The notes beneath the pieces were generated by a model. It ran no database searches, was not told the DNA's origin, and was given only the letters and a program-made list of their open reading frames with translations. Below are positions 47,092 to 55,240 of a DNA stretch of 64,000 bases, in pieces (positions within the stretch are counted from its first letter, which is position 1; every line of letters begins with the position of its first letter). Made by a program: the position numbers and the translations under genes. The stretch is taken from positions 4,130 to 68,129 of the forward strand of contig CAKPBI010000003.1 of the NCBI GenBank assembly GCA_934140285.1, written 5' to 3'. The stretch is from an uncultured Bacilli bacterium (GTDB lineage: Bacteria; Bacillota_I; Bacilli_A; ML615J-28; CAG-313).

Positions 47092-47793
47092 ATGAAAAAA
47101 ATATTAATGGTATGTTTTATGTTAGTTATTGTATTTGTGATGGTTGGATGTGATAATAAAAATAATTTATTAACAGTTAGTTTTAAAATAAATGAAGATA
47201 TTTTATTAATAGAAAAAGAAAAAGGTAGTATTATTTCATTTGATGATGTGCCAATTGACAATGTAGATTATATAGAAAATTTGTATTATGATAGCCTATA
47301 TACTAAAAAATATGATAACGAATTAGTTGAACAAAATATTAAGTTATATGTTAAATTAAAGGAAAAAAGTAATATGATAAATAATGGCAAAAAGATTAAA
47401 TATAAGATAAATTATAATGGTATGGGGTTTTTTGGATACAAAATAGTAGATAATAAATTTCAAATATATTCTTGTGGAATAATTAATTCATATGAAGAAT
47501 TGAATAATTTGTGTAAAGAATATAACAATAATTTTATAAATGAATATGAATCAATTTATAATAATGAGTTCTTTAAAGAACAATCATTAATTATATATTC
47601 CTTTGAAACAGGATATGGTAAAGAAACTGTAATAGAAGACTTGATTTTAAACGAAGAAGAATTGATAATTGTTGAAAAAACAATTTTAAAAGATGGCTTT
47701 TATACAACAGAAGCATTTCGTTGGATGATATTAATAGAAGTAAATAAGATAGAAATTGAAAATGTCAAAGAAATAAAAATAAATTATGCATAA
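47092..47793 (+). CDS. Lipoprotein: degenerate Listeria-Bacteroides repeat + PrcB_C-like domain
   Basis: Lipobox ..FVMVGC|DNK; N-terminal half LTVSF..YYDSLYTKKY..IKLYVKLK; C-terminal half SYEELNNL..NEFFKEQSLIIYSFETGYG..TTEAFRWMILIEVNK resembles the PrcB C-terminal domain pattern. Confidence 0.55.
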   Translation: MKKILMVCFMLVIVFVMVGCDNKNNLLTVSFKINEDILLIEKEKGSIISFDDVPIDNVDYIENLYYDSLYTKKYDNELVEQNIKLYVKLKEKSNMINNGKKIKYKINYNGMGFFGYKIVDNKFQIYSCGIINSYEELNNLCKEYNNNFINEYESIYNNEFFKEQSLIIYSFETGYGKETVIEDLILNEEELIIVEKTILKDGFYTTEAFRWMILIEVNKIEIENVKEIKINYA

Positions 47794-47825
47794 AAATTTT
47801 GATAAAAAAGGTGGTGTAAACTGAG

Positions 47826-50800
47826 ATGAAAAAAATATTTTTGCTGCCTATGACTTTAATATTTGTACTAGTTAGTTCTCTTTTTGGATTAAATACTTTT
47901 ACAATTTATGCACATATAGATAATGATTTAGAACTAGCTCATACAAATGAAGAAACAATACTTAATGATACATATGAACAAGTATATAATTCTTTCATAG
48001 TTAGAAATGAAATATATAATAACAAACAATATAATATTTACGACGAAAATTTTGCTGGTGTATTTGTTGATAGCCAAGGTGTATTAAATATTGCGTATGT
48101 CAATAATAATACACTTACTTATACAAGTAGTATTAATAATAATTCGGTAATTAATTTTGTAGAGTTTACTTTTTCTTATAATTATTTACAGCAAGTATTA
48201 AATTGCATTGAAGATGTTATGATAGAATATAATGTAATTATGGTTCAGATTAGTGATGAGGATAATCAAGTTCTTCTTTTTATGAAAGATAATAGTAAAA
48301 TTCCAAATATTATTCAATATTTAGAAAGTAAAGAACTATATGAACAAAGTGCGATTAGTTTTATTTGTGATCCTTTAGTTAATTTTTCTAAAACATTCGA
48401 AACCTCCTATGGAGGAGAATCAATATTCTATATGGAACCTAACCCAGATAGACCAGGATATCTTAATGTTTTTCGAGGAACAATTGGCGTACAGGCAATA
48501 AATAATGTAACTGGAGAATTAGGAATTTTGACAAATGAACATGTTGCTCCGATGGGGAGAAATATGTATTATGGTGAACACTTTGATCATACTTTATCAT
48601 CTCTGTTTACCAAACAAGTTTTCTTAGGGACACCGTCAATTACTCATAGTGGTGACACTATTGATGCGTCATTTGTACCATTTGAAAATCAGTCAAATTG
48701 GGAAATTACTCCATATGGAAAATATAACAGCACGATATTCAGTAACATTTTTCTTGGTAATGATAGTCAAATAATTAATGGATGTTCAATAACAAAAATT
48801 GGTCAAACAACAGGAATAACAACAGGAACTATAAATAATAGAAATACGTCTATTAATGTTGAGGGTACTCTTTTTTCAAATGTAATGATATATACAAATT
48901 CTTCTCAAGCAGGTGATAGTGGTGGTCCTGTATATTATAATAACGGAACAGATTTATTTTTAATAGGACTTAATTTTGCAGGAGGTACAATTTTAAACAA
49001 AACAGTTGGTGTAGCGTGTCGTATTTCTAACGTTATAAGTGAATTAAATGTTACTCCAATCACAAATGATAGTTTTAGCACCACTATTCTTCCAGATGGA
49101 ACAGTACAATTGGACGCTATAAACTTTAATTTTAATGGTGCTTTCGTTGTACCTTCATCTTTAAATGGGAGAATTGTGTCAAAAATTGGACCTAATGTAT
49201 TTAAAAATAGAAATAAAATAACAGAAATAATTTTGCCTAACACAATTAATTCAATAGGTGATTATGCATTTGAAAATTGTTCATCTTTACGATCAGTTAC
49301 TTTGTCGACAAGTTTAATAACAATTGGATTAGCAGCTTTTAAAGGATGTGCAAGTTTAGAAAGTATTAGTATACCTAATAGCGTAACACACATAGATACA
49401 AGTGCCTTTGAGGGGTGTTCATATTTGCAGTCAGTAACATTATCAACTAATTTGATTGCTATAGGTAGTTCGGCATTCAAAGGATGTGCAAGTTTAGAAA
49501 GTATTAGTATACCTAATAGCGTAACACACATAGATACAAGTGCCTTTGAAGGGTGTTCATATTTGCAGTCAGTAACATTATCAAATAACTTAATTGCTAT
49601 TGGTAGTTCAGCCTTTAAAGGGTGTGCTAGCTTAGCTAGGATTACGATTCCAAATACTGTAACAAATATAGATACAAGTGCCTTTGAAGGGTGTTCATAT
49701 TTGCAGTCAGTAACATTATCAACTAATTTGATTGCTATAGGCAGTTCGGCATTTAAAGGATGTGGAAGTTTAGAAAGAATTGTCATACCATTAAGTGTAC
49801 AGTATATTGATGATGAAGCATTTAAGAATTGTTCATCACTTTCTGTAGTTACTGTAAATAGAAGAATAACAAACATTACTAACCTAGGAGTAAGCGTGTA
49901 TGATGGTTGTAATGCTAGTTTAAAAATTATCGTACCAGTAAATAGAATTGCTGAATATAAAAATAAAGAGTATTGGTCAAGTTATCGAAATAAAATAATG
50001 CCTTCTGAAGATTATACAGAGCTTGAAATTGACTGTGAAGGAAATGTTAGTGAATCTTTAAGCTTAAGCAAGGCAACTAATGAATTATATAAATTAAATG
50101 TTAATTGTTCAAAATCTTATAAGATTAATGCAAATTCATCCAAGACAATTAATATAATAATCTATGATGCAAACATGAATGTGATAAGTAGTGGTAGTAA
50201 CACAGTAACTCAATTTTTAGGTTGTGGAACATACTATATATCTTTTGAATTTGATGATACTAATGCTTCAGGTACATTCGAAATTGGAATTTCATTAACA
50301 TGGACTAGTAGCAATATTCTATTAAACAAAGGTACTAATAATATTAAAAATAGTATGCATTTAAATAATGAAAATGTATATCATTGTAGTTATAAATATC
50401 TTAATAATCAAGGTGAAGGTTTTTATAGATTCTCACTAAATGTTGGAAGTAATATAATTTTACCTGAAGGAACTATAAAAATATATTCAAATATAAATAA
50501 AACAGAATTACTTAATCGATATGGATCAACAGGAATAAATGAACAGGCAATAACTTACAATGGTGAAAATGAAATATATGTATTTTTACCTGAAAATGGA
50601 TATTATTACATAGATGTTGTTCTACCTAAATCAACTTATTCATTAATTACCTTAACAATTGAGCAAGTAGAGAAAAATGATATAAATTATCAAAATAGAC
50701 TTGCTACAATTGGTTTCGATGAATTATTTGATAATAAAACTGTGACTAATTATTTTGAAGAAGTAACAATAAGTCATCGTTCAAAAATTGAACTTGATAT

Positions 50801-51656
50801 TGTGACAAGTGGAACAATCAATAGAAATATACCTATTTATATTTTTGAAAAGCATCGTGATCCAGGTTATGAACCAGGGGATAATCATTATTATTTAGTG
50901 TTGGAATACACTAATAATATTACTAGTATAAATAGTGGCCCAGTATTTACTGTAATTTTAAATCCTGGAACTTATTATATAGGATATTCTGATAACTTTG
51001 ATAAAGTTCAAATACAATTTGCGTTAAGAAGAAAGGTAAATACAGATTTGAATATTGATGGTACACTTGTAACTGATCATGCAAGAAATCAAGGGTTCCC
51101 TTTAGGAAGTGAAGTAACATTCAATAATGGATCTTTACGTGGAAATACAATAACAGAAGGATTTACAAGAAATCTTTATTTAATGGTAGAAGATAGATTA
51201 CGTGATCCAATGTCAAGACTTGATTATGATTGGTATTCAAGTAATGAAAATGTTGCTAAAGTAACTAAATATGGAACAGTTCTTGCACTAAATGTTAGTG
51301 AAAATACAACTGTGACTATATATGCGATAAATAAAGATGATCCATCTATAGTCTATAAAAAAGATTTTATTATTTTAAAAGAAACAAAAACAGAACAAAT
51401 AGTAATAGAATGTAATATGTCTTATTCATATTCTGAAGAAAATGGAATGTACACATTGGAACTAGATTTTACGAATAGTCCATATCCATATATAGGTTAT
51501 TATGTATGGGATATTGAATGTTTTAATGGAATCAATGTGGATATGGAGCATCATGGTTTAGTATCTTCAACAGGTCCAGGTGCAGCGTTACTTACAGCAA
51601 ATTATACTTTAAATATGAGAATATTCCTTAAGATACATTTAACAATTACTGAATAA
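47826..51656 (+). CDS. Large secreted trypsin-like serine protease with BspA-type leucine-rich repeats and a C-terminal Big_2-like domain
   Basis: 1276 aa; signal peptide; putative triad His239 (LTNEHV, 48540), Asp280 (IDASFV, 48663), Ser365 in GDSGGP (48912-48929); about 10 LRR_5-type 23-aa repeats; YDWYSSNENVAKVTKYGTVLAL Big_2-like; no LPXTG or other anchor seen. Confidence 0.75.
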   Translation: MKKIFLLPMTLIFVLVSSLFGLNTFTIYAHIDNDLELAHTNEETILNDTYEQVYNSFIVRNEIYNNKQYNIYDENFAGVFVDSQGVLNIAYVNNNTLTYTSSINNNSVINFVEFTFSYNYLQQVLNCIEDVMIEYNVIMVQISDEDNQVLLFMKDNSKIPNIIQYLESKELYEQSAISFICDPLVNFSKTFETSYGGESIFYMEPNPDRPGYLNVFRGTIGVQAINNVTGELGILTNEHVAPMGRNMYYGEHFDHTLSSLFTKQVFLGTPSITHSGDTIDASFVPFENQSNWEITPYGKYNSTIFSNIFLGNDSQIINGCSITKIGQTTGITTGTINNRNTSINVEGTLFSNVMIYTNSSQAGDSGGPVYYNNGTDLFLIGLNFAGGTILNKTVGVACRISNVISELNVTPITNDSFSTTILPDGTVQLDAINFNFNGAFVVPSSLNGRIVSKIGPNVFKNRNKITEIILPNTINSIGDYAFENCSSLRSVTLSTSLITIGLAAFKGCASLESISIPNSVTHIDTSAFEGCSYLQSVTLSTNLIAIGSSAFKGCASLESISIPNSVTHIDTSAFEGCSYLQSVTLSNNLIAIGSSAFKGCASLARITIPNTVTNIDTSAFEGCSYLQSVTLSTNLIAIGSSAFKGCGSLERIVIPLSVQYIDDEAFKNCSSLSVVTVNRRITNITNLGVSVYDGCNASLKIIVPVNRIAEYKNKEYWSSYRNKIMPSEDYTELEIDCEGNVSESLSLSKATNELYKLNVNCSKSYKINANSSKTINIIIYDANMNVISSGSNTVTQFLGCGTYYISFEFDDTNASGTFEIGISLTWTSSNILLNKGTNNIKNSMHLNNENVYHCSYKYLNNQGEGFYRFSLNVGSNIILPEGTIKIYSNINKTELLNRYGSTGINEQAITYNGENEIYVFLPENGYYYIDVVLPKSTYSLITLTIEQVEKNDINYQNRLATIGFDELFDNKTVTNYFEEVTISHRSKIELDIVTSGTINRNIPIYIFEKHRDPGYEPGDNHYYLVLEYTNNITSINSGPVFTVILNPGTYYIGYSDNFDKVQIQFALRRKVNTDLNIDGTLVTDHARNQGFPLGSEVTFNNGSLRGNTITEGFTRNLYLMVEDRLRDPMSRLDYDWYSSNENVAKVTKYGTVLALNVSENTTVTIYAINKDDPSIVYKKDFIILKETKTEQIVIECNMSYSYSEENGMYTLELDFTNSPYPYIGYYVWDIECFNGINVDMEHHGLVSSTGPGAALLTANYTLNMRIFLKIHLTITE
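49203..49892 (+). repeat. 138-bp (46-aa, two-LRR) tandem repeat array, 5 units, central units near-identical
   Basis: AAAGG[AG]TGTG phase markers at 49341, 49479, 49617 and 49755 (period exactly 138). Units 49341-49478 and 49479-49616 differ at only about 10 positions. The second half of unit 2 recurs almost exactly at 49689-49752. Confidence 0.9.
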
Positions 51657-51671
51657 AATTTTATTGTTATA

Positions 51672-51712
51672 AAAGAGTTAATTCTAATATTTTAAAAGGA
51701 TTAACTCTTTTT
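51672..51712 (+). terminator. Rho-independent terminator after the protease gene
   Basis: AAGAGTTAATTC..GGATTAACTCTT stem (one G-U pair) followed by TTT. Confidence 0.75.
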
Positions 51713-51755
51713 ACATTTTTAAAAATTCTAAGCAAGATGAAATTATTCGTTTATC

Positions 51756-51784
51756 TTGTAAATTAACCAAAAAAATGATATAAT
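51756..51784 (+). promoter_or_regulatory. Sigma-A promoter (TTGTAA-17-TGaTATAAT)
   Basis: -35 TTGTAA at 51756-51761, 17-nt spacer, extended -10 ending at 51784. Confidence 0.75.
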
Positions 51785-51805
51785 TATAGTAGTGGGGGAC
51801 ATTCA

Positions 51806-52312
51806 ATGAAAATATTATTTAAAATATCGATTGTATTAAGTTTATTTAGTGCATTATTATTTACAAGTGGTTTTTCTACTAGTAATGATAGTGTCCAATT
51901 TATAAAAACTAATTGGGTTGAAAATTCAGAGGATGTAAAAATAGTTAATTCACATAAAGAATTACTGGAATATTACAATGTTAATCTAAAAAAATTTAGT
52001 TTAGGGCCACGTGAGAAAATAGCAAGTGATAGTACAATTGGTTTTGCCAATGCTATAGAAAAATATGATGAAGAGTACTTTAAAAATAGTTCAATAATTA
52101 TTGCAATTTTAGAAGAAAATAGTGGTAGTTATAGACATAAATATGATGGTTATAGTGTAAATAAAATAGGTACACTAACTGTGAATATCAAGACCACTTG
52201 TGATAGCGATTATGCAACTTGCGATATGGCTGGTTGGCATATGATTATAGAAACAAATAAACTTGATAATATTAAAGAAACTAAACTTTGTAAAACAGGA
52301 CTCCATCAATAG
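51806..52312 (+). CDS. Secreted PrcB_C-like protein
   Basis: 168 aa; signal peptide; ..SHKELLEYY..EEYFKNSSIIIAILEENSGSY..TCDMAGWHMIIETNK, parallel to the C-terminal half of the ORF at 47092-47793. Confidence 0.5.
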   Translation: MKILFKISIVLSLFSALLFTSGFSTSNDSVQFIKTNWVENSEDVKIVNSHKELLEYYNVNLKKFSLGPREKIASDSTIGFANAIEKYDEEYFKNSSIIIAILEENSGSYRHKYDGYSVNKIGTLTVNIKTTCDSDYATCDMAGWHMIIETNKLDNIKETKLCKTGLHQ

Positions 52313-52350
52313 TGGAGTTCTTTATTACATTATTATGGGGATGAAAAGCA

Positions 52351-52806
52351 ATGAAGTTAGATGAACTAGCAAAAAGAATAGCTAATCACTTAGCAGTAGA
52401 AGAACTTGAAATTAAGTTTGATAAAATTATTGATGATAGTAGATTATATCCAAAAGAAGGACTTATTGTTATTAATGAAAAGTACAAAGACAATTATATT
52501 GAGTGTGCTAAATCTTTGACACATGAATATAGGCATGTATTCCAAATATATTATGCTAATTTAATGGATGATGAATTAGCAAAAATATGGAAAGAGGACC
52601 TTGGGACAGCAAAAAATTCAAATAACATAAATATTAATAATGCAACTGAATTTACTGAATATAGCTTACAAATGATTGAAATTGATGCTGAAGCATTTAC
52701 TGTCTATTATTTAAAAGAATATGAAAATATTTATGCAGATTTTAAATCCAGTAGATACAAAAAGCTTATTGATAATTATATTATTAGGTATAAACAAATA
52801 ATGTGA
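52351..52806 (+). CDS. Small ImmA/IrrE-like zinc metallopeptidase-motif protein
   Basis: 151 aa; GLIVINEKY..LTHEYRH (HExxH at 52522-52536) and downstream EIDAEAF (compare E.EAN.FA of ImmA/IrrE); GGGGATGA SD. Confidence 0.55.
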   Translation: MKLDELAKRIANHLAVEELEIKFDKIIDDSRLYPKEGLIVINEKYKDNYIECAKSLTHEYRHVFQIYYANLMDDELAKIWKEDLGTAKNSNNININNATEFTEYSLQMIEIDAEAFTVYYLKEYENIYADFKSSRYKKLIDNYIIRYKQIM

Positions 52807-52872
52807 AGTTATTATTTGAAAAAAGAATTATTGTGATAAAATAATATAAAATGAAATAGGAGGCTGTTTATT

Positions 52873-53751
52873 ATGAGCAGAAATTGTAAAATAATAAATT
52901 ACTTTATAATATTGCAGTTGGTAAAATTTGATAGAAGTAAAGCAAGAAAAATATTTCTCAAATTTGCTGATTATCTAGAACATCCATTTGATGAAATAGC
53001 ATTAATTTTATCAAGAGATATACCAAATATATTTGAATTAATTAATGATAATATAAAAATTAATGCGGAAAGTGTTTTAGACATAGAAAAAAATGGAAAT
53101 ATTATTTATTATGAAGATTTTGATGCCCCAACTAGTATTTTTAGTACTACTGAATCACCTATAGTTGTTTTTTATCAAGGAAATAAACAACTTCTATATG
53201 AAAAAAGTATTAGTGTTGTGGGAACGAGAAGACCTACAGAAAAAGGTGTTTATAATGCAGAAAGAATTGCGAAGTTTTTAATGAACAATCAAATAACTGT
53301 CGTATCAGGATTGGCTGAAGGCATAGATTATATAACTCAATATACATGTGCAGATTATAATTATAAAAAATTAATAGCTGTTATTGGAACTCCTATATCA
53401 AAATACTATCCTATTAAAAATAAAAAATTGCAAGAATACATAAAACTTGAAGGTTTGCTTGTAAGCGAATATGCAAATTTTGAAAACACAATGAAGTGGA
53501 ACTTTTTGAGAAGAAATTACTTAATGAGTTCAATATCAAATGCAACAATTGTTATAGAGGCTGGCGATACTAGTGGTACTGTTAGTCAAGCAAGAAGTAC
53601 ATTGAAAAACGGAAAACCTTTGTTTGTACCAAATAATGTCTTTGAGAATCCCGAAAACAGTTGGCCTATTAAATTTAGAAATGTATTTAATAATGTATAT
53701 AAATTTTCATCATATGAAGAGTTAAAGATACTAATTACGAGAAATCTTTAG
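52873..53751 (+). CDS. DprA/Smf-fold protein (ShosA-like)
   Basis: 292 aa; VVGTRRPTEKG, VVSGLAEGID, AVIGTPISKYYP, LLVSEY, RRNYLMSSIS, VIEAGDTSGT follow the DprA Rossmann-domain motifs; GGAGG SD. Confidence 0.8.
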   Translation: MSRNCKIINYFIILQLVKFDRSKARKIFLKFADYLEHPFDEIALILSRDIPNIFELINDNIKINAESVLDIEKNGNIIYYEDFDAPTSIFSTTESPIVVFYQGNKQLLYEKSISVVGTRRPTEKGVYNAERIAKFLMNNQITVVSGLAEGIDYITQYTCADYNYKKLIAVIGTPISKYYPIKNKKLQEYIKLEGLLVSEYANFENTMKWNFLRRNYLMSSISNATIVIEAGDTSGTVSQARSTLKNGKPLFVPNNVFENPENSWPIKFRNVFNNVYKFSSYEELKILITRNL

Positions 53752-53763
53752 TGAGGGGATAAT

Positions 53764-54828
53764 ATGAAATTTATTATAGATAAATTAAGTTTTACTAATG
53801 AAGAGTTGGCTATCTTAAAAAAATCAAAGTTGGATTATACTATATTTGATGGGGATAATGTATCTGTTAAATTTGATGGGGATAATGTATCTGTTAATTC
53901 TCTTTTGACAAACATAGTATATGTAACAAAACGCAATGATTCTATTACACTAAAAAAAGAAAACATGGATTTTATACCTGTTATTATTAAAATAAGTGGA
54001 GAAGATACATGGAATGATGAAGAGGAAATGATTGATGCAAAGTGTAAAACAATTAATGAATTATTAGAGTTTAAATTTACCACGCTTTTGGGAGAAAAAC
54101 TTGCTTATTGTAATTTTGAAAATTATCAAATAAATAATTCTTCATATTTTCATTATAATTATCCAGCTTTACAAATAAATGGCGATGATAAACCTAAACA
54201 AGTTGAAGTATATGCTTTTGGAAGATATTTTCCTAAGGGGAGAGGTAAAGATAATATAAATGTTTATTCATCAAAAATTTTATCTGCAAAATATGCTAAT
54301 GAAGTAACCAAAAAATTTTATAAAAATATTCTGAGAACCGCAATAGAATTACTGAATATAAAATTTGATTATTGTTGGTATGTTCCATGTAAAGAAAATC
54401 AAGGCAATCGTTTCGAAATGATTACAGATAACAACGGAATAATTTTAATTGAGAATTATAAATCAAACAAAGAATTTGGTTTCACTGAGCGTTGTGATAA
54501 TATGAAAAATAAATATTCGATAGATAATACTTTTGAAGTAAAAGATAAAACTATACTTGTTGTCGATGATATCATCACTACTAATGCCACACTTGTAACA
54601 ATATCAAAGTTATTATATGATAAGGGTGCATTTAAGGTAATCTGGTTTTCTTTTGCAAAAACTATTTCAAAACATATTGATGAATATAAATATAAGTGTG
54701 ATAAGTGTAAAAATGAATATAAATTAAGATTTGATTATGAAGGGAACCCGATCTTAAAGTGCTCTAAGTGCAATAAGCACTACATATATAAAGCTAATAA
54801 TTTGGAGCTAATTTATAAAAGTAAGTAA
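53764..54828 (+). CDS. Phosphoribosyltransferase-domain protein with C-terminal zinc ribbon (ShosT-like / ComF-like)
   Basis: 354 aa; PRPP-binding loop ILVVDDIITTNATL (about 54553-54594); C-terminal CDKC-x17-CSKC; N-terminal about 170 aa unassigned and containing a 9-aa tandem duplication. Confidence 0.75.
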   Translation: MKFIIDKLSFTNEELAILKKSKLDYTIFDGDNVSVKFDGDNVSVNSLLTNIVYVTKRNDSITLKKENMDFIPVIIKISGEDTWNDEEEMIDAKCKTINELLEFKFTTLLGEKLAYCNFENYQINNSSYFHYNYPALQINGDDKPKQVEVYAFGRYFPKGRGKDNINVYSSKILSAKYANEVTKKFYKNILRTAIELLNIKFDYCWYVPCKENQGNRFEMITDNNGIILIENYKSNKEFGFTERCDNMKNKYSIDNTFEVKDKTILVVDDIITTNATLVTISKLLYDKGAFKVIWFSFAKTISKHIDEYKYKCDKCKNEYKLRFDYEGNPILKCSKCNKHYIYKANNLELIYKSK

Positions 54829-54982
54829 TTTCTCAATTATCAAAAATGAATAATGGTGCTTTAATATAAATATATTTTATATTTGAATATTCTATATAAA
54901 ATAATATAGATATTATTTGATTTGCATATATTATTTTTTAAAAATTAAAAGACAAATCAATCCACTTTTACGAATAAATTGT

Positions 54983-55011
54983 TTGACTTATCGAACAAAA
55001 TATTATATAAT
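54983..55011 (+). promoter_or_regulatory. Sigma-A promoter (TTGACT-17-TATAAT)
   Basis: -35 TTGACT at 54983-54988, 17-nt spacer, -10 TATAAT at 55006-55011. Confidence 0.75.
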
Positions 55012-55029
55012 ATTCTAGAGGTGAAATAA

Positions 55030-55239
55030 ATGTCGTTAAATTATAATAAACTTTGGAAACTTCTCATTGATAAAAGAATGAATAAAACTGATTTAAGAAA
55101 AAAAACGGGATTAAGTCAATCAACTATTGCTAAATTAGTAAATGGAAAAAATGTAAATATTCAAGTACTTGAGCGAATATGTTATGTTCTAGAATGTGAC
55201 ATATGTGATATTGTTGAAATAAATAAAGAGGAAAACTAA
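55030..55239 (+). CDS. XRE-family HTH protein (possible R-M controller)
   Basis: 69 aa; ..MNKTDLRKKTGLSQSTIAKLVNGKNV..VLERICYVLECDICDIVE; its stop is 1 nt before the methyltransferase ATG. Confidence 0.7.
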   Translation: MSLNYNKLWKLLIDKRMNKTDLRKKTGLSQSTIAKLVNGKNVNIQVLERICYVLECDICDIVEINKEEN

Positions 55240-55240
55240 T

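Noticed and set aside
49262-49876. 204-aa minus-strand ORF with an internally repetitive sequence
   Set aside because: It lies exactly antisense to the 138-bp LRR tandem repeats of the protease gene. The repeat periodicity keeps the antisense frame open, and there is no SD or independent signal.
49203-49892. Regularly spaced repeats considered as a possible CRISPR array
   Set aside because: The repeats are contiguous with no unique spacers, have a 138-bp period, are in frame within a long ORF and encode canonical LRR units.
54860-54960. AT-rich imperfect palindromes upstream of the HTH-methyltransferase operon as possible C-boxes
   Set aside because: They are only imperfect and consist purely of A and T. 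Such palindromes are abundant in this DNA, and I cannot define a credible operator by eye.
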